Shown in pieces: positions 50,365-59,215 of a stretch of 64,000 nt of DNA. This DNA is from Acidimicrobiia bacterium. Lineage in GTDB: Bacteria; Actinomycetota; Acidimicrobiia; Spongiisociales; ZC4RG35. Position numbers and translations under genes: made by a program. The notes under the pieces are model-generated. The model worked only from the letters and a program-made list of their open reading frames with translations, ran no database searches and was not told the origin of the DNA. Position 1 is the stretch's first letter. Each line of letters begins with the position of its first letter. The stretch lies in the NCBI GenBank assembly GCA_965215185.1, contig OZ244034.1, positions 2,080,001 through 2,144,000 on the forward strand. Direction: 5' to 3'.

Positions 50365-51362
50365 TGGACCGGCCCGAAACCACCAAGGTTCCCACCCAGA
50401 CCGTTCGGTTGACCATAGACGGCGCCTCGGTGGAGGCAAAAAAAGGGGCCACTCTCCTGCAAGCTTGCCAGCAGATGGGAACCGAGGTCCCCACCCTCTG
50501 TTACTCAGAGACCCTCACCCCAGTGAACGTGTGTCGCATCTGCGTAGTGGAGGTGGAGCGGAACCGCACCCTGGTTCCCGCCTGCTCACGGGTCGCCGAG
50601 GAGGGAATGGTGGTTGCCACCGACTCCGAACGGGTGAGGCACAGTCGGAAAATGGTGCTGGAATTCCTGGGATCCTCGGTGGATCTCTCCGTCGCCGACC
50701 AAGGCATAAGTGATTGGATGGAACATTACGGCGCCGACCCCAACCGCTACGGGCCTCTTTCAGTGCCCGCCGCCGCTGGAGATCGGGACGGGCGGAAGCC
50801 GGGGCATCACCATCCGGTGAACGGTCAAAGCGCGGAAGGAGTTCACCAACCCACAAAAGTGGACAACACCCTCTACGTCCGTGATTACTCCCGATGCATC
50901 CTGTGCTACAAATGCGTGGAAGCGTGCGGGATAGATGCCCAGGGAACCTATGCAATCGCCGTGGCAGGCCGAGGCTTCGACGCCCGCATCTCCACCGAGA
51001 TGGACCTTCCTCTGGGCGAGGGGGCCTGTGTTTTCTGCGGCAACTGCATTGCAGTGTGCCCCACCGGCGCCCTGATGTTCCGCTCCGAATGGGAACTGCG
51101 ACGCGCAGACCTTTGGGATCCCGACGCTCAGTCGGTAACCCGAACGGTTTGTTCCTACTGCGGGGTGGGTTGCAACCTGGAATTGCACACCCAGGACAAC
51201 CGGATCGTCAAGGTCACCTCTCCTCAGGATCATGAGGTCACCAGCGGGAATCTGTGCATCAAGGGCCGTTTCGGATACGAATACGTGCAGAATCTGGGCG
51301 ATGTGGAACGAAACTCCATAGACGAGGTGCTGGCCGCAGCCCGCCGTCCCCTCCCCGAATAG
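50364..51362 (+). CDS. Fe-S subunit of formate dehydrogenase (NuoG/FdsA N-terminal-like: 2Fe-2S, 2x4Fe-4S, Molybdop_Fe4S4)
   Basis: PTLC..CRICVVE..PAC, CILCYKCVEAC, CVFCGNCIAVCP, CSYCGVGC...LCIKGRFG; ATG overlaps the upstream stop. Confidence 0.92.
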   Translation: MDRPETTKVPTQTVRLTIDGASVEAKKGATLLQACQQMGTEVPTLCYSETLTPVNVCRICVVEVERNRTLVPACSRVAEEGMVVATDSERVRHSRKMVLEFLGSSVDLSVADQGISDWMEHYGADPNRYGPLSVPAAAGDRDGRKPGHHHPVNGQSAEGVHQPTKVDNTLYVRDYSRCILCYKCVEACGIDAQGTYAIAVAGRGFDARISTEMDLPLGEGACVFCGNCIAVCPTGALMFRSEWELRRADLWDPDAQSVTRTVCSYCGVGCNLELHTQDNRIVKVTSPQDHEVTSGNLCIKGRFGYEYVQNLGDVERNSIDEVLAAARRPLPE

Positions 51363-51371
51363 CTTCCCCTC

Positions 51372-52214
51372 TCAGGCGGGGACCGGTTTCGCCTTACCCA
51401 GGGAGAGGCGTAGCCGCGATCCCATCAGGACAACAAAGAACATCACCACCGAAATGAGCACAATGGTGGCCGACGCGGCGGTTGAATAGTGATAGCTGAC
51501 CAGCAAGCCGGCGATCACTGAGAAAATCGCACAGGCGGCGGACACCACCATAACCAGCACCACCCGTCGAACCAGGATGATGGCGGTGGCTGGCGGTCCT
51601 ACCAAAAGGCCAAATACCAGAATCGCGCCGACTCCCTGGAATAGGAGTACCACCGCCCCGGTGATGAGCGCCAACAGCGTGAAATGCGCCGTTTTGGGCC
51701 GAAATCCCATCATCTCGGCTTTGGCCGGGTTGAAGGCCAGTGTCAAGAACGGCCGATACATGATGAAGGACACCACCAGCGCCAGCACTAGCCCTACTGC
51801 CTCCAACACAATGCCGCCCACCGTCACACCCAACAGGTCACCGAAAAGTATGGCTGTTATGGAACCCGAAAAGGAAGGGGTCAGCGAGATGATCACCACG
51901 CCCAGGGCCAACATGCCCACGAACAGCAGCCCGATCCCGACATCAGGGCTGAGCTTGGTGTGCTGATGGACCAGGTTTATCCCCCAAATCATCAAGATCC
52001 CCGCCGCCAAGGCTCCCCAGAACGGGTTGACTCCTATCAGCAGAGCCACCGCTACCCCGGGAATGACCCCGTGGGCAACGGCGTCACCCATAAAGGACAT
52101 ACCCCGAATCACCACCCAGGCACCCACCACCGAGGTAAGCACTCCGGCCAATATCCCGCCGATTAGCGCCCGCTGCTGAAAAGCCAGGTCGAACGGCTCA
52201 AATAGCCAATCCAT
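51372..52214 (-). CDS. Zn/Mn ABC transporter permease (ZnuB/AztB-like)
   Basis: RGMSFMGDAVAHGVIPG, ILFGDLLGV, PPATA; start MDWLFEPF. Confidence 0.92.
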   Translation of the reverse strand: MDWLFEPFDLAFQQRALIGGILAGVLTSVVGAWVVIRGMSFMGDAVAHGVIPGVAVALLIGVNPFWGALAAGILMIWGINLVHQHTKLSPDVGIGLLFVGMLALGVVIISLTPSFSGSITAILFGDLLGVTVGGIVLEAVGLVLALVVSFIMYRPFLTLAFNPAKAEMMGFRPKTAHFTLLALITGAVVLLFQGVGAILVFGLLVGPPATAIILVRRVVLVMVVSAACAIFSVIAGLLVSYHYSTAASATIVLISVVMFFVVLMGSRLRLSLGKAKPVPA

Positions 52215-52240
52215 GTCCTCTATCCCATTGCCGAGTTCTT

Positions 52241-52270
52241 TTGACAAACCCCCATGATAATCATTATCAT
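52241..52270. promoter_or_regulatory. Zur/Fur box overlapping a sigma70-type promoter
   Basis: Perfect palindrome ATGATAAT-C-ATTATCAT (52254-52270); TTGACA at 52241, TATCAT at 52265. Confidence 0.85.
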
Positions 52271-52282
52271 AAGCGGCGGCTA

Positions 52283-52717
52283 ATGGTCGAACTGCACTCC
52301 ATAGTAGAACAGAGCCTTCGCTCACAGGGCATGCGCTACACGGACAATCGCAAGGCGCTGATCTCCGCGCTGGACGAAACCCCAGGTCCTCTCACCGTCG
52401 ACGAGTTGCACCAAGCAACCGCGCATCGCGTTCCCTACTCATCCATTTACCGGGAGGTGCGGATGCTGATTGATGCGCAGGTTCTCTCCCTTCACCACGG
52501 CGCCGACCGATCGAATCGCTTCGAGTTGGCGGAATGGCTGGCAGGACACCACCACCACATGGTGTGTGTGCAGTGCATGGCCATCTCCGACATCACCTTA
52601 TCCCCCCAAAACGAAATCCGACTCGCCGAGTTGGTGGAGAAAGCCGCCGCCGGCACCCAGTACCTCATAACCGACCACACCCTGGAGATCGAGGGTGTGT
52701 GCCCAAAGTGCCAATAA
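52283..52717 (+). CDS. zur: Fur-family regulator, probably zinc uptake regulator
   Basis: RYTDNRK, SSIYR, HHHHMVCVQC, EGVCPKC; sits within a Zn ABC locus. Confidence 0.85.
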   Translation: MVELHSIVEQSLRSQGMRYTDNRKALISALDETPGPLTVDELHQATAHRVPYSSIYREVRMLIDAQVLSLHHGADRSNRFELAEWLAGHHHHMVCVQCMAISDITLSPQNEIRLAELVEKAAAGTQYLITDHTLEIEGVCPKCQ

Positions 52718-53461
52718 GTGGAAATACCCGACCAACCCATTGAAAACGCCATCGAAGCCGAGGGGCTGGAGCTTCGCTACGGTTCCCACGTGGTTATGGA
52801 ACCCTCGTCCTTCACAGTGCCCGCGGGAGCAATAACCGCCATGATCGGACCGAACGGCGCGGGGAAATCCACTCTGCTGCACGCCATTGTCGGCCTGGTA
52901 ACCCCTGCCGCTGGGCGGATGACCGTGATGGGAACCACCCCCCAGAAAGGCCGCAAACAGGTTTCCTATGTCCTCCAGTCCAAGCAAGTAAACCAGTCTC
53001 TGCCGCTTACCGTTGCCCAGGTGGTGACCATGGGCCGCTATACGAATCGAGGAATGATCCGGCCCTTGAGAATTGACGACCGCGCTCGCGTCCAAGAAGC
53101 CATGGAGAGAATGAACATCACCCATTTGGCCAACCGCCATCTCACGGAACTGTCGGGGGGACAGCGACAGAGGGTGTTCATGGCGCAGGGAATCGCCCAG
53201 GATCATCTCATCATGCTGTTGGACGAACCGCTTACCGGCCTTGATGTCATATCGGCGGAGGCTGTGGACAGAACCATCCACGAGGAGAAGGAGCACGGTT
53301 GCGCGGTATTGGTCTCCACCCACGACCTGGGGGAGGCCGGAACCGCCGATCACGTGCTCCTTCTGGGAGAAAAACGTGTGGTCAGTGGGACCCCTTCAGA
53401 GGTGCTGACCCATGAGAACCTGCTGTCGGCTTTCGGCCTGGGGCTGATGCACCTGAATTGA
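52718..53461 (+). CDS. Zn/Mn ABC transporter ATP-binding subunit (ZnuC/AztA-like)
   Basis: GPNGAGKST, LSGGQRQR, LDEPLTGLD, STHDL. Confidence 0.92.
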   Translation: MEIPDQPIENAIEAEGLELRYGSHVVMEPSSFTVPAGAITAMIGPNGAGKSTLLHAIVGLVTPAAGRMTVMGTTPQKGRKQVSYVLQSKQVNQSLPLTVAQVVTMGRYTNRGMIRPLRIDDRARVQEAMERMNITHLANRHLTELSGGQRQRVFMAQGIAQDHLIMLLDEPLTGLDVISAEAVDRTIHEEKEHGCAVLVSTHDLGEAGTADHVLLLGEKRVVSGTPSEVLTHENLLSAFGLGLMHLN

Positions 53462-53510
53462 ACAGCCAAAATCAGTCCCCCAAAGACCAGACATAGGATC
53501 AGACACAAAA

Positions 53511-53978
53511 ATGAGCATCAAAAAAGAAATGCGCGCCGAGTTGGTGGACGCCATGAAATCGGGCGACCGCCGTCGAAGAGACGTCATCCGCTCCGTCGAG
53601 GCGGAGATACAGAGGAAGAGGACCGCTCCGGGGTTTTCGGGGGATGGCGAGGATGATGATTTCTATCGGCAGAATATCGGAAGCTACGTCAAGAAGATGG
53701 GCAAGGCCGCTTCGGAATACGCCAATCTTGGCCAACGGGGAGAGGAAATGGCCCAAAAGCTGCATTACGAAGTGGAGTACCTCTCCCGATGGCTGCCCTC
53801 CCACCTGAACGAAGAGCAAAGCCGAGAGTTGGTGCGAAATACCATCGCCCTGCTGGGAGTAGCCGGCCAACCGCGAGCTCGGGGCGCAGTGATGGGCCAC
53901 ATAATGAAGTCCCACCGTCAAGAGGTGGACGGCGGATTGGTGTCCCGACTGGTAGCCGAGGAGCTCTCCACCGACTAA
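53511..53978 (+). CDS. GatB/YqeY domain protein
   Basis: EL.DAMKSGD...DVIR, E.EYL.RWLP..L, G.VMG.IMK...VDG. Confidence 0.85.
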   Translation: MSIKKEMRAELVDAMKSGDRRRRDVIRSVEAEIQRKRTAPGFSGDGEDDDFYRQNIGSYVKKMGKAASEYANLGQRGEEMAQKLHYEVEYLSRWLPSHLNEEQSRELVRNTIALLGVAGQPRARGAVMGHIMKSHRQEVDGGLVSRLVAEELSTD

Positions 53979-54068
53979 ACCGATGCGAATCCCCCGGTTG
54001 GGCGGGTGTTCAACTCGTGCGGGAACCCGGCGCCCGCCTACCGGTAAGGACCATGTACAATCGGGTCG

Positions 54069-54890
54069 ATGCGTCCCATCTGGAAAGGCGCTGTCTCCTT
54101 TGGTCTCGTGACTATTCCGGTGGCTCTTTATTCGGCCACCGAAGACCGACGACCCAAGTTCAAGCAACTGCGCCAAAGCGATCAAAGTCCGATCCGGTAC
54201 AAACGGGTAGCGGAGGTGGATGGACAAGAAGTGCCGTGGGATCAGATCGCCCGCGGCTATGAGGTGGACCGTGGCGCCTATGTGATCTTCAGCGACTCGG
54301 AGTTGGTCGCCGCCGGGATAGGCAAGAAGGGCCTCCCGCTGATCGATGTTGTCAAATTCGTCGAGTCCGAAGAGATCGACCCCGTCTATTACAAATCCTC
54401 CTATTACCTGGTGCCGGAAAAGACAGGCGCCCGCGCCTACCGGATCCTGTGGGAGGCGCTGAGTGCGGCGGGAAGGGTGGGAATTGCCCGCTTCGCCATG
54501 AGAGGCAAAGAGCACTTGTCCACTCTCCGTTGCCAACAGGACAGCCTCTTGCTGGAAACCATGTTCTGGCCCGACGAAATCCGCCAAATCCCCGCTAGTG
54601 AACATGCCGAGGAGGTGGAGGTGCGACCCGAAGAGGTGGCGATGGCCAAGCTCTTGATCGACACGATGAGCGGACCCTTCGTGAGGGAGGAGTACAAAGA
54701 CAAAACCAGGGACAACATCGAAGAAGCTGTTCGACTCAAAGTGGAGGGAAAAGAGATTGTCTCGGTGGACGGAGCGTCGGAGGGCGGCCAGGTCATCGAC
54801 CTGCTGTCCGCCCTCAAAGCCAGTGTGGCGGCGACCAAAGCGGCTGTAGAAAGTCGCTCCGACCCCGATCAACAGTCGGCGGCGGTATAA
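54069..54890 (+). CDS. ku: Non-homologous end-joining protein Ku
   Basis: MRPIWKGAVSFGLVTIPVALYSAT, EIDPVYY, VIDLLSALKAS. Confidence 0.96.
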   Translation: MRPIWKGAVSFGLVTIPVALYSATEDRRPKFKQLRQSDQSPIRYKRVAEVDGQEVPWDQIARGYEVDRGAYVIFSDSELVAAGIGKKGLPLIDVVKFVESEEIDPVYYKSSYYLVPEKTGARAYRILWEALSAAGRVGIARFAMRGKEHLSTLRCQQDSLLLETMFWPDEIRQIPASEHAEEVEVRPEEVAMAKLLIDTMSGPFVREEYKDKTRDNIEEAVRLKVEGKEIVSVDGASEGGQVIDLLSALKASVAATKAAVESRSDPDQQSAAV

Positions 54891-54964
54891 GAATCTCGCC
54901 GTGGAGGGCATTCGCTCCGGTTAAGGGCCGAAGAGGTTGAGGCGTGGGTCCAGCTGGCCTGGAT

Positions 54965-56239
54965 TCAACTCATTTCCAGGCGGAACATGTCTTGGTACTG
55001 CTCACGGCGCACAACCAGACGGGACTGTCCATCCGCCACGAACACCACCGGCGGGCGGGGGACCTTTTGATAGTTGGATGCCATGGCATGTCCGTAGGCG
55101 CCCGTTACCGGGGTGGCGACGACATCTCCCAGCTTGACATCCCGGGGGACCCACCCCGAGGCAACCAGACGGTCCCCACTTTCGCAGTGTTTGCCGACCA
55201 CGGTCACTTCCCGCTCCCGGGGCGCAGCGACCGCCCGCGGCAGGAACACCTCGTAACCACTCCCGTACAGCGCCGGGCGGGGATTGTCGCTCATCCCTCC
55301 GTCTACCGCCAGGTAGGTGCGGACCCCGGCCACCTCCTTAATGGTTCCCACCCGGTACAGGGTTAATGCCGCCGCCGCCGTGATGGCCCTTCCCGGCTCG
55401 GCCATGATCGGGCCACGAACACCCTCTTCCCGACAGGTCTTCACCACCGCCTCCGCCCACTCCCCAATAGTGGGCGCCTCCTCCCCCTCCACATAGGGAA
55501 CACCCAGCCCTCCTCCCAGGGATAACTCCTCCAATGCGAACGGCGCCGCCATGCTGGCCACTATCCGGGCAGCTTCCCTAAAAGACTCCAACCGGAAAAC
55601 CTGGCTGCCGATGTGGGCGTGAACACCCCGGGCTCGCATGGAAGGTGACGCCTCGGCCCGTTCCACCGCCTGGGCGGCCGCCCCCGACGACACATTGAAA
55701 CCGAATTTTGTGTCATCATGGCCGGTGGCGACGAACTCATGGGTGTGGGCGTCAACCCCAGGCGTGATGCGGATCAGGACATCCACCGGCGGACCTCCCC
55801 GGCGGGAATGGATTCGTTCGATCCGATCCATCTCATCGAACGAATCCACCACCACTCTCCCCACTCCCGCCTCAATGGCCATCGACAGTTCTACCGAAGA
55901 TTTGTTGTTGCCGTGAAAGATCAATCTCTGGGCCGGAAAACCCGCCCGAAGGGCCACAACCAACTCCCCCCCGGTGGCCACATCCATGCCCAAGCCCTCC
56001 GATTCCACCAACTTCGCCATGGCCACGCACAAAAACGCCTTGGCGGCGTAGGACACCTGACCCTCGAATGCCTCCCACGCCTGCCGACAGCGACGGCGCA
56101 GATGCTGTTCATCGTAAATGAACACCGGAGTGCCGTAACGTTGGGCCAGTTCCTCCAGGTCGCATCCACCCACCTTCAGCCGCCCCTCCACCACTTCGGA
56201 GGTGATGGGTAAGAGATGAAAAGGCAGCGGTCCGGCCAT
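54965..56239 (-). CDS. lysA: Diaminopimelate decarboxylase
   Basis: YGTP, YAAKAF, HGNNKS, HIGSQ, LGGGLG, EPGRA, DGGMSDNPRPALY, CESGD; start MAGPLP. Confidence 0.95.
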   Translation of the reverse strand: MAGPLPFHLLPITSEVVEGRLKVGGCDLEELAQRYGTPVFIYDEQHLRRRCRQAWEAFEGQVSYAAKAFLCVAMAKLVESEGLGMDVATGGELVVALRAGFPAQRLIFHGNNKSSVELSMAIEAGVGRVVVDSFDEMDRIERIHSRRGGPPVDVLIRITPGVDAHTHEFVATGHDDTKFGFNVSSGAAAQAVERAEASPSMRARGVHAHIGSQVFRLESFREAARIVASMAAPFALEELSLGGGLGVPYVEGEEAPTIGEWAEAVVKTCREEGVRGPIMAEPGRAITAAAALTLYRVGTIKEVAGVRTYLAVDGGMSDNPRPALYGSGYEVFLPRAVAAPREREVTVVGKHCESGDRLVASGWVPRDVKLGDVVATPVTGAYGHAMASNYQKVPRPPVVFVADGQSRLVVRREQYQDMFRLEMS

Positions 56240-56305
56240 GTCCACAAGTCCTTGGAGATCGATTGGTTCGCCGAAGGCTACCTCTTCCCTCCTACCATTC
56301 CCGCT

Positions 56306-57583
56306 ATGGAAATCGGTGTAGGTCTCCTCGGGGGAGGCATAGTTGGAGGAGAGTTGGCCCGACGCCTGCTCGAAGACCGGGACACCATTCTGGCCAAGTC
56401 GGGGATATCCCTGCGGTTGAGGGGAGTGGCGGTGAGAGATCTGGCCAAGGAGCGGCCCTTTCCCTCCCGATACGCCGTCGACCGACCCGACTTGCTGGTG
56501 GCGGATCCCGAGGTGGATTTGGTGGTGGAATTGATGGGGGGAATTGACCCGGCCCGACAAATGGTGCTCTGCGCCCTGGACCTGGGCAAGCCGGTGATCA
56601 CCGCCAACAAAGAACTGTTGTCGCTGCATGGACCTGAGCTCTTCGCCAGGGCCGCCGACAAGGGGGTCTCCCTGTTGTTCGAAGCGGCGGTCGGCGGAGG
56701 GATACCCCTGATACGTCCCCTCTCCGAATCTTTGGCGGGCGAAGAGATCGAGCGGGTAACCGGAATCGTCAATGGGACCACCAACTTCATCCTCACCGCC
56801 ATGGATACTGAAGGGCTTCCCTACCAGGAAGCATTGGCGGAGGCGCAACGACTCGGATATGCCGAGGCTGATCCCACCGCCGATGTGAGCGGGAGAGACG
56901 CTGCCGCCAAGGCTGCCATCTTGGCCGGGCTGGCATTCGGACGATGGGTCAGCATCGACCGCGTGTACCGAGAGGGCATCACGGACCTCTCCACCTTGGA
57001 CCTCGGATTCGCCCGCCAGTTGGGGTATCACATCAAACTGCTGGCCGTGGCCGACACCACCCCCCAAGGTCCCGCGGTGCGGGTGCATCCGGCATTAGTG
57101 CCGACCGGTCATCCCCTGGCGTTGATCCGAGGGGCCAACAATGGGGTCTTCCTGGAAGGTCCTTCCATTGGAGAATTGCTCTTCCTAGGACCGGGTGCGG
57201 GGGGCAGACCCACTGCCACGGCGGTGCTGGGAGACGTCATCCTGGCTTCCCGTGAGTTTCTAGCAGGCACCAAAGTCACCCCCCGGGTCCGGTTCGGCAA
57301 CGGTGGGATTCAGGAATTCTCGCAGGTGGAAACCCAGTGGTACCTGCGTTTGGAGGTCAAAGACGCCCCCGGGGTGCTGGCCCAGATCGCGGCGGTGTTC
57401 GGCGCCAATCAGGTTTCCATCAAGTCGGTGTGGCAGGAGGGACGGGGAGACCAGGCCACCCTGCTATTAATCACCCACCATGCTCGGGAGGCCAACCACC
57501 GGGCTGCTGCCAGTGACCTAGAGCGGCTAGAGGTGGTGAGGCAGGTGGCGGCCACCATACGGGTAATCGGCGCCGGCCCGTGA
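56306..57583 (+). CDS. hom: Homoserine dehydrogenase with ACT domain
   Basis: GGGIVG, TANK, EAAVGGGIP, NGTTNFIL, GYAEADPTAD, GPGAG, C-terminal ACT. Confidence 0.96.
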   Translation: MEIGVGLLGGGIVGGELARRLLEDRDTILAKSGISLRLRGVAVRDLAKERPFPSRYAVDRPDLLVADPEVDLVVELMGGIDPARQMVLCALDLGKPVITANKELLSLHGPELFARAADKGVSLLFEAAVGGGIPLIRPLSESLAGEEIERVTGIVNGTTNFILTAMDTEGLPYQEALAEAQRLGYAEADPTADVSGRDAAAKAAILAGLAFGRWVSIDRVYREGITDLSTLDLGFARQLGYHIKLLAVADTTPQGPAVRVHPALVPTGHPLALIRGANNGVFLEGPSIGELLFLGPGAGGRPTATAVLGDVILASREFLAGTKVTPRVRFGNGGIQEFSQVETQWYLRLEVKDAPGVLAQIAAVFGANQVSIKSVWQEGRGDQATLLLITHHAREANHRAAASDLERLEVVRQVAATIRVIGAGP

Positions 57584-57614
57584 AGATTCCATCCTTCGCC
57601 GTCGAAAGTCGGTT

Positions 57615-58991
57615 TTGAAATACATCTCCACCCGGGGAGGGACGCCACCCGCTTCCTTCGATGAGATCCTTCTGCAGGGACCGGCCCCCGACGGCGGTCT
57701 GTACGTTCCTGCCCGCTGGCCCACCGCCCCTACTCTGCCTTCGGCGGCGTCCTACCCCGAAATGGTGACCGCGGTGGCCGCTCCCTTCATGGAAGGCAGC
57801 CCTTTGTTGGATCATCTCCCCCGACTGGCCACCGAAGCCTACGCCGACTTCGGTCCCGAAGGGCCGGCGCCTATGCGACAGGTCGAGGAGCACCGGTGGC
57901 TGCTGGATCTCACCTTAGGCCCCACCCTTTCATTCAAGGACTACGCCCTGCAACTGCTCGGGCGACTCTTCGATCAGCTCTTGGCGTTGCAGGGCAGGCG
58001 GATATTGGTGCTGGGCGCCACCTCCGGCGACACGGGCTCGGCGGCGATCGAGGCCTGTCGGGACCGTTCCGCCATCGATATTGTGATCCTGTACCCCGAA
58101 GGTCGGGTGTCTGACATCCAACGTCGTCAAATGACCAGCGTGGAGTCTTCCAATGTCCATGCGGTAGCCGTAGAAGGAACCTTCGACGACTGTCAGGACC
58201 TGGTGAAAGCGGCTTTCGGCGATCCCGTGGTGCGCCAAAGAATGGCCTTGGCGGCGGTCAACTCGATCAACTGGGCGCGGATAGTGGCCCAGATCGCCTA
58301 TTACCTGTGGGCGGGTCATCGGCTGGGGCGCGCAATCAGCTTCTTTGTTCCCACCGGCAATTTCGGCAATGTGCTGGCCGGGTGGGCCGCCCGCCGGATG
58401 GGCGGACCGATAAAGAGACTGGTGGTGGCCAATAACCACAACCGAGGTTTGACCCGGCTCATCTCCGAAGGCATACTTCCCATCGGCGAAGTCCGTCCCA
58501 CCCTCGCCCCGGCCATGGACATCCAAATCCCCTCCAACCTGGAGAGATACCTGTTCGAGTTGGGCTCGCGGGACGGGCAATGGATGTCCCAGATCATGAA
58601 CGACTACCGCCTTCACGGCCAGCTGCGGCTCGATGACGAACTCCATTCCAGCCTCCGCAACGACTTCGCAGCCGGATGGTTGGACGATCAGGCCATTATC
58701 GAAGTGATAGGCAACGCCTACCGAGAGCACGGCTTGCTGCTCGATCCCCACAGCGCCTTGGGTTGGGCAATGGCTGAGCGCATGGCAAGGACCGGCGAGG
58801 AGGTGGTGAGCATCGCCACCGCCCATCCTGCCAAGTTCCCCGAAGCGGTAAAGGAGGCAGTGGGCTTTGCTCCAGATCTTCCCGACCGCATGGCCGACCT
58901 TTTCGAACGTCCGGAACGTACCACTGTGATCCCCGCTCGCTTGGACCGTTTATTGTCGCTTCTGGAAAGTACTCGCCAGCCCCCCCGGTGA
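57615..58991 (+). CDS. thrC: Threonine synthase (long form)
   Basis: MKYISTRG, DGGLYVP, GPTLSFKD, ATSGDTG, NSINWARI, PTGNFG, TAHPAKF. Confidence 0.96.
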   Translation: MKYISTRGGTPPASFDEILLQGPAPDGGLYVPARWPTAPTLPSAASYPEMVTAVAAPFMEGSPLLDHLPRLATEAYADFGPEGPAPMRQVEEHRWLLDLTLGPTLSFKDYALQLLGRLFDQLLALQGRRILVLGATSGDTGSAAIEACRDRSAIDIVILYPEGRVSDIQRRQMTSVESSNVHAVAVEGTFDDCQDLVKAAFGDPVVRQRMALAAVNSINWARIVAQIAYYLWAGHRLGRAISFFVPTGNFGNVLAGWAARRMGGPIKRLVVANNHNRGLTRLISEGILPIGEVRPTLAPAMDIQIPSNLERYLFELGSRDGQWMSQIMNDYRLHGQLRLDDELHSSLRNDFAAGWLDDQAIIEVIGNAYREHGLLLDPHSALGWAMAERMARTGEEVVSIATAHPAKFPEAVKEAVGFAPDLPDRMADLFERPERTTVIPARLDRLLSLLESTRQPPR

Positions 58992-59053
58992 AATAATCTC
59001 TTGGCCGGATTGCAATCGTCCCGCATTCGGTTTTGGCGCAGGAGTTGCCGTCT

Positions 59054-59062
59054 TGCTATAGT
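59054..59062 (+). promoter_or_regulatory. Extended -10 promoter for rho
   Basis: TGcTATAGT ~155 nt upstream of the rho start. Confidence 0.5.
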
Positions 59063-59215
59063 GGGTCAAGTCTGGTTCGCCCGCCTTCTTATCTCCGGCA
59101 GCGAACACCCCAGAAATCTTTTCAAGGCGGTCTCGAATAGAGCGTTACAGCCTCCACTTTCCTTAAGGAAAGTGGAGGATATTCGGTAAAACTCCGAGAA
59201 CACGAGGAATCATCA

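Noticed and set aside
56240-57088. 707-aa ORF suggesting a large N-terminal fusion on LysA
   Set aside because: The extension is the antisense frame of hom; LysA similarity starts near 56239
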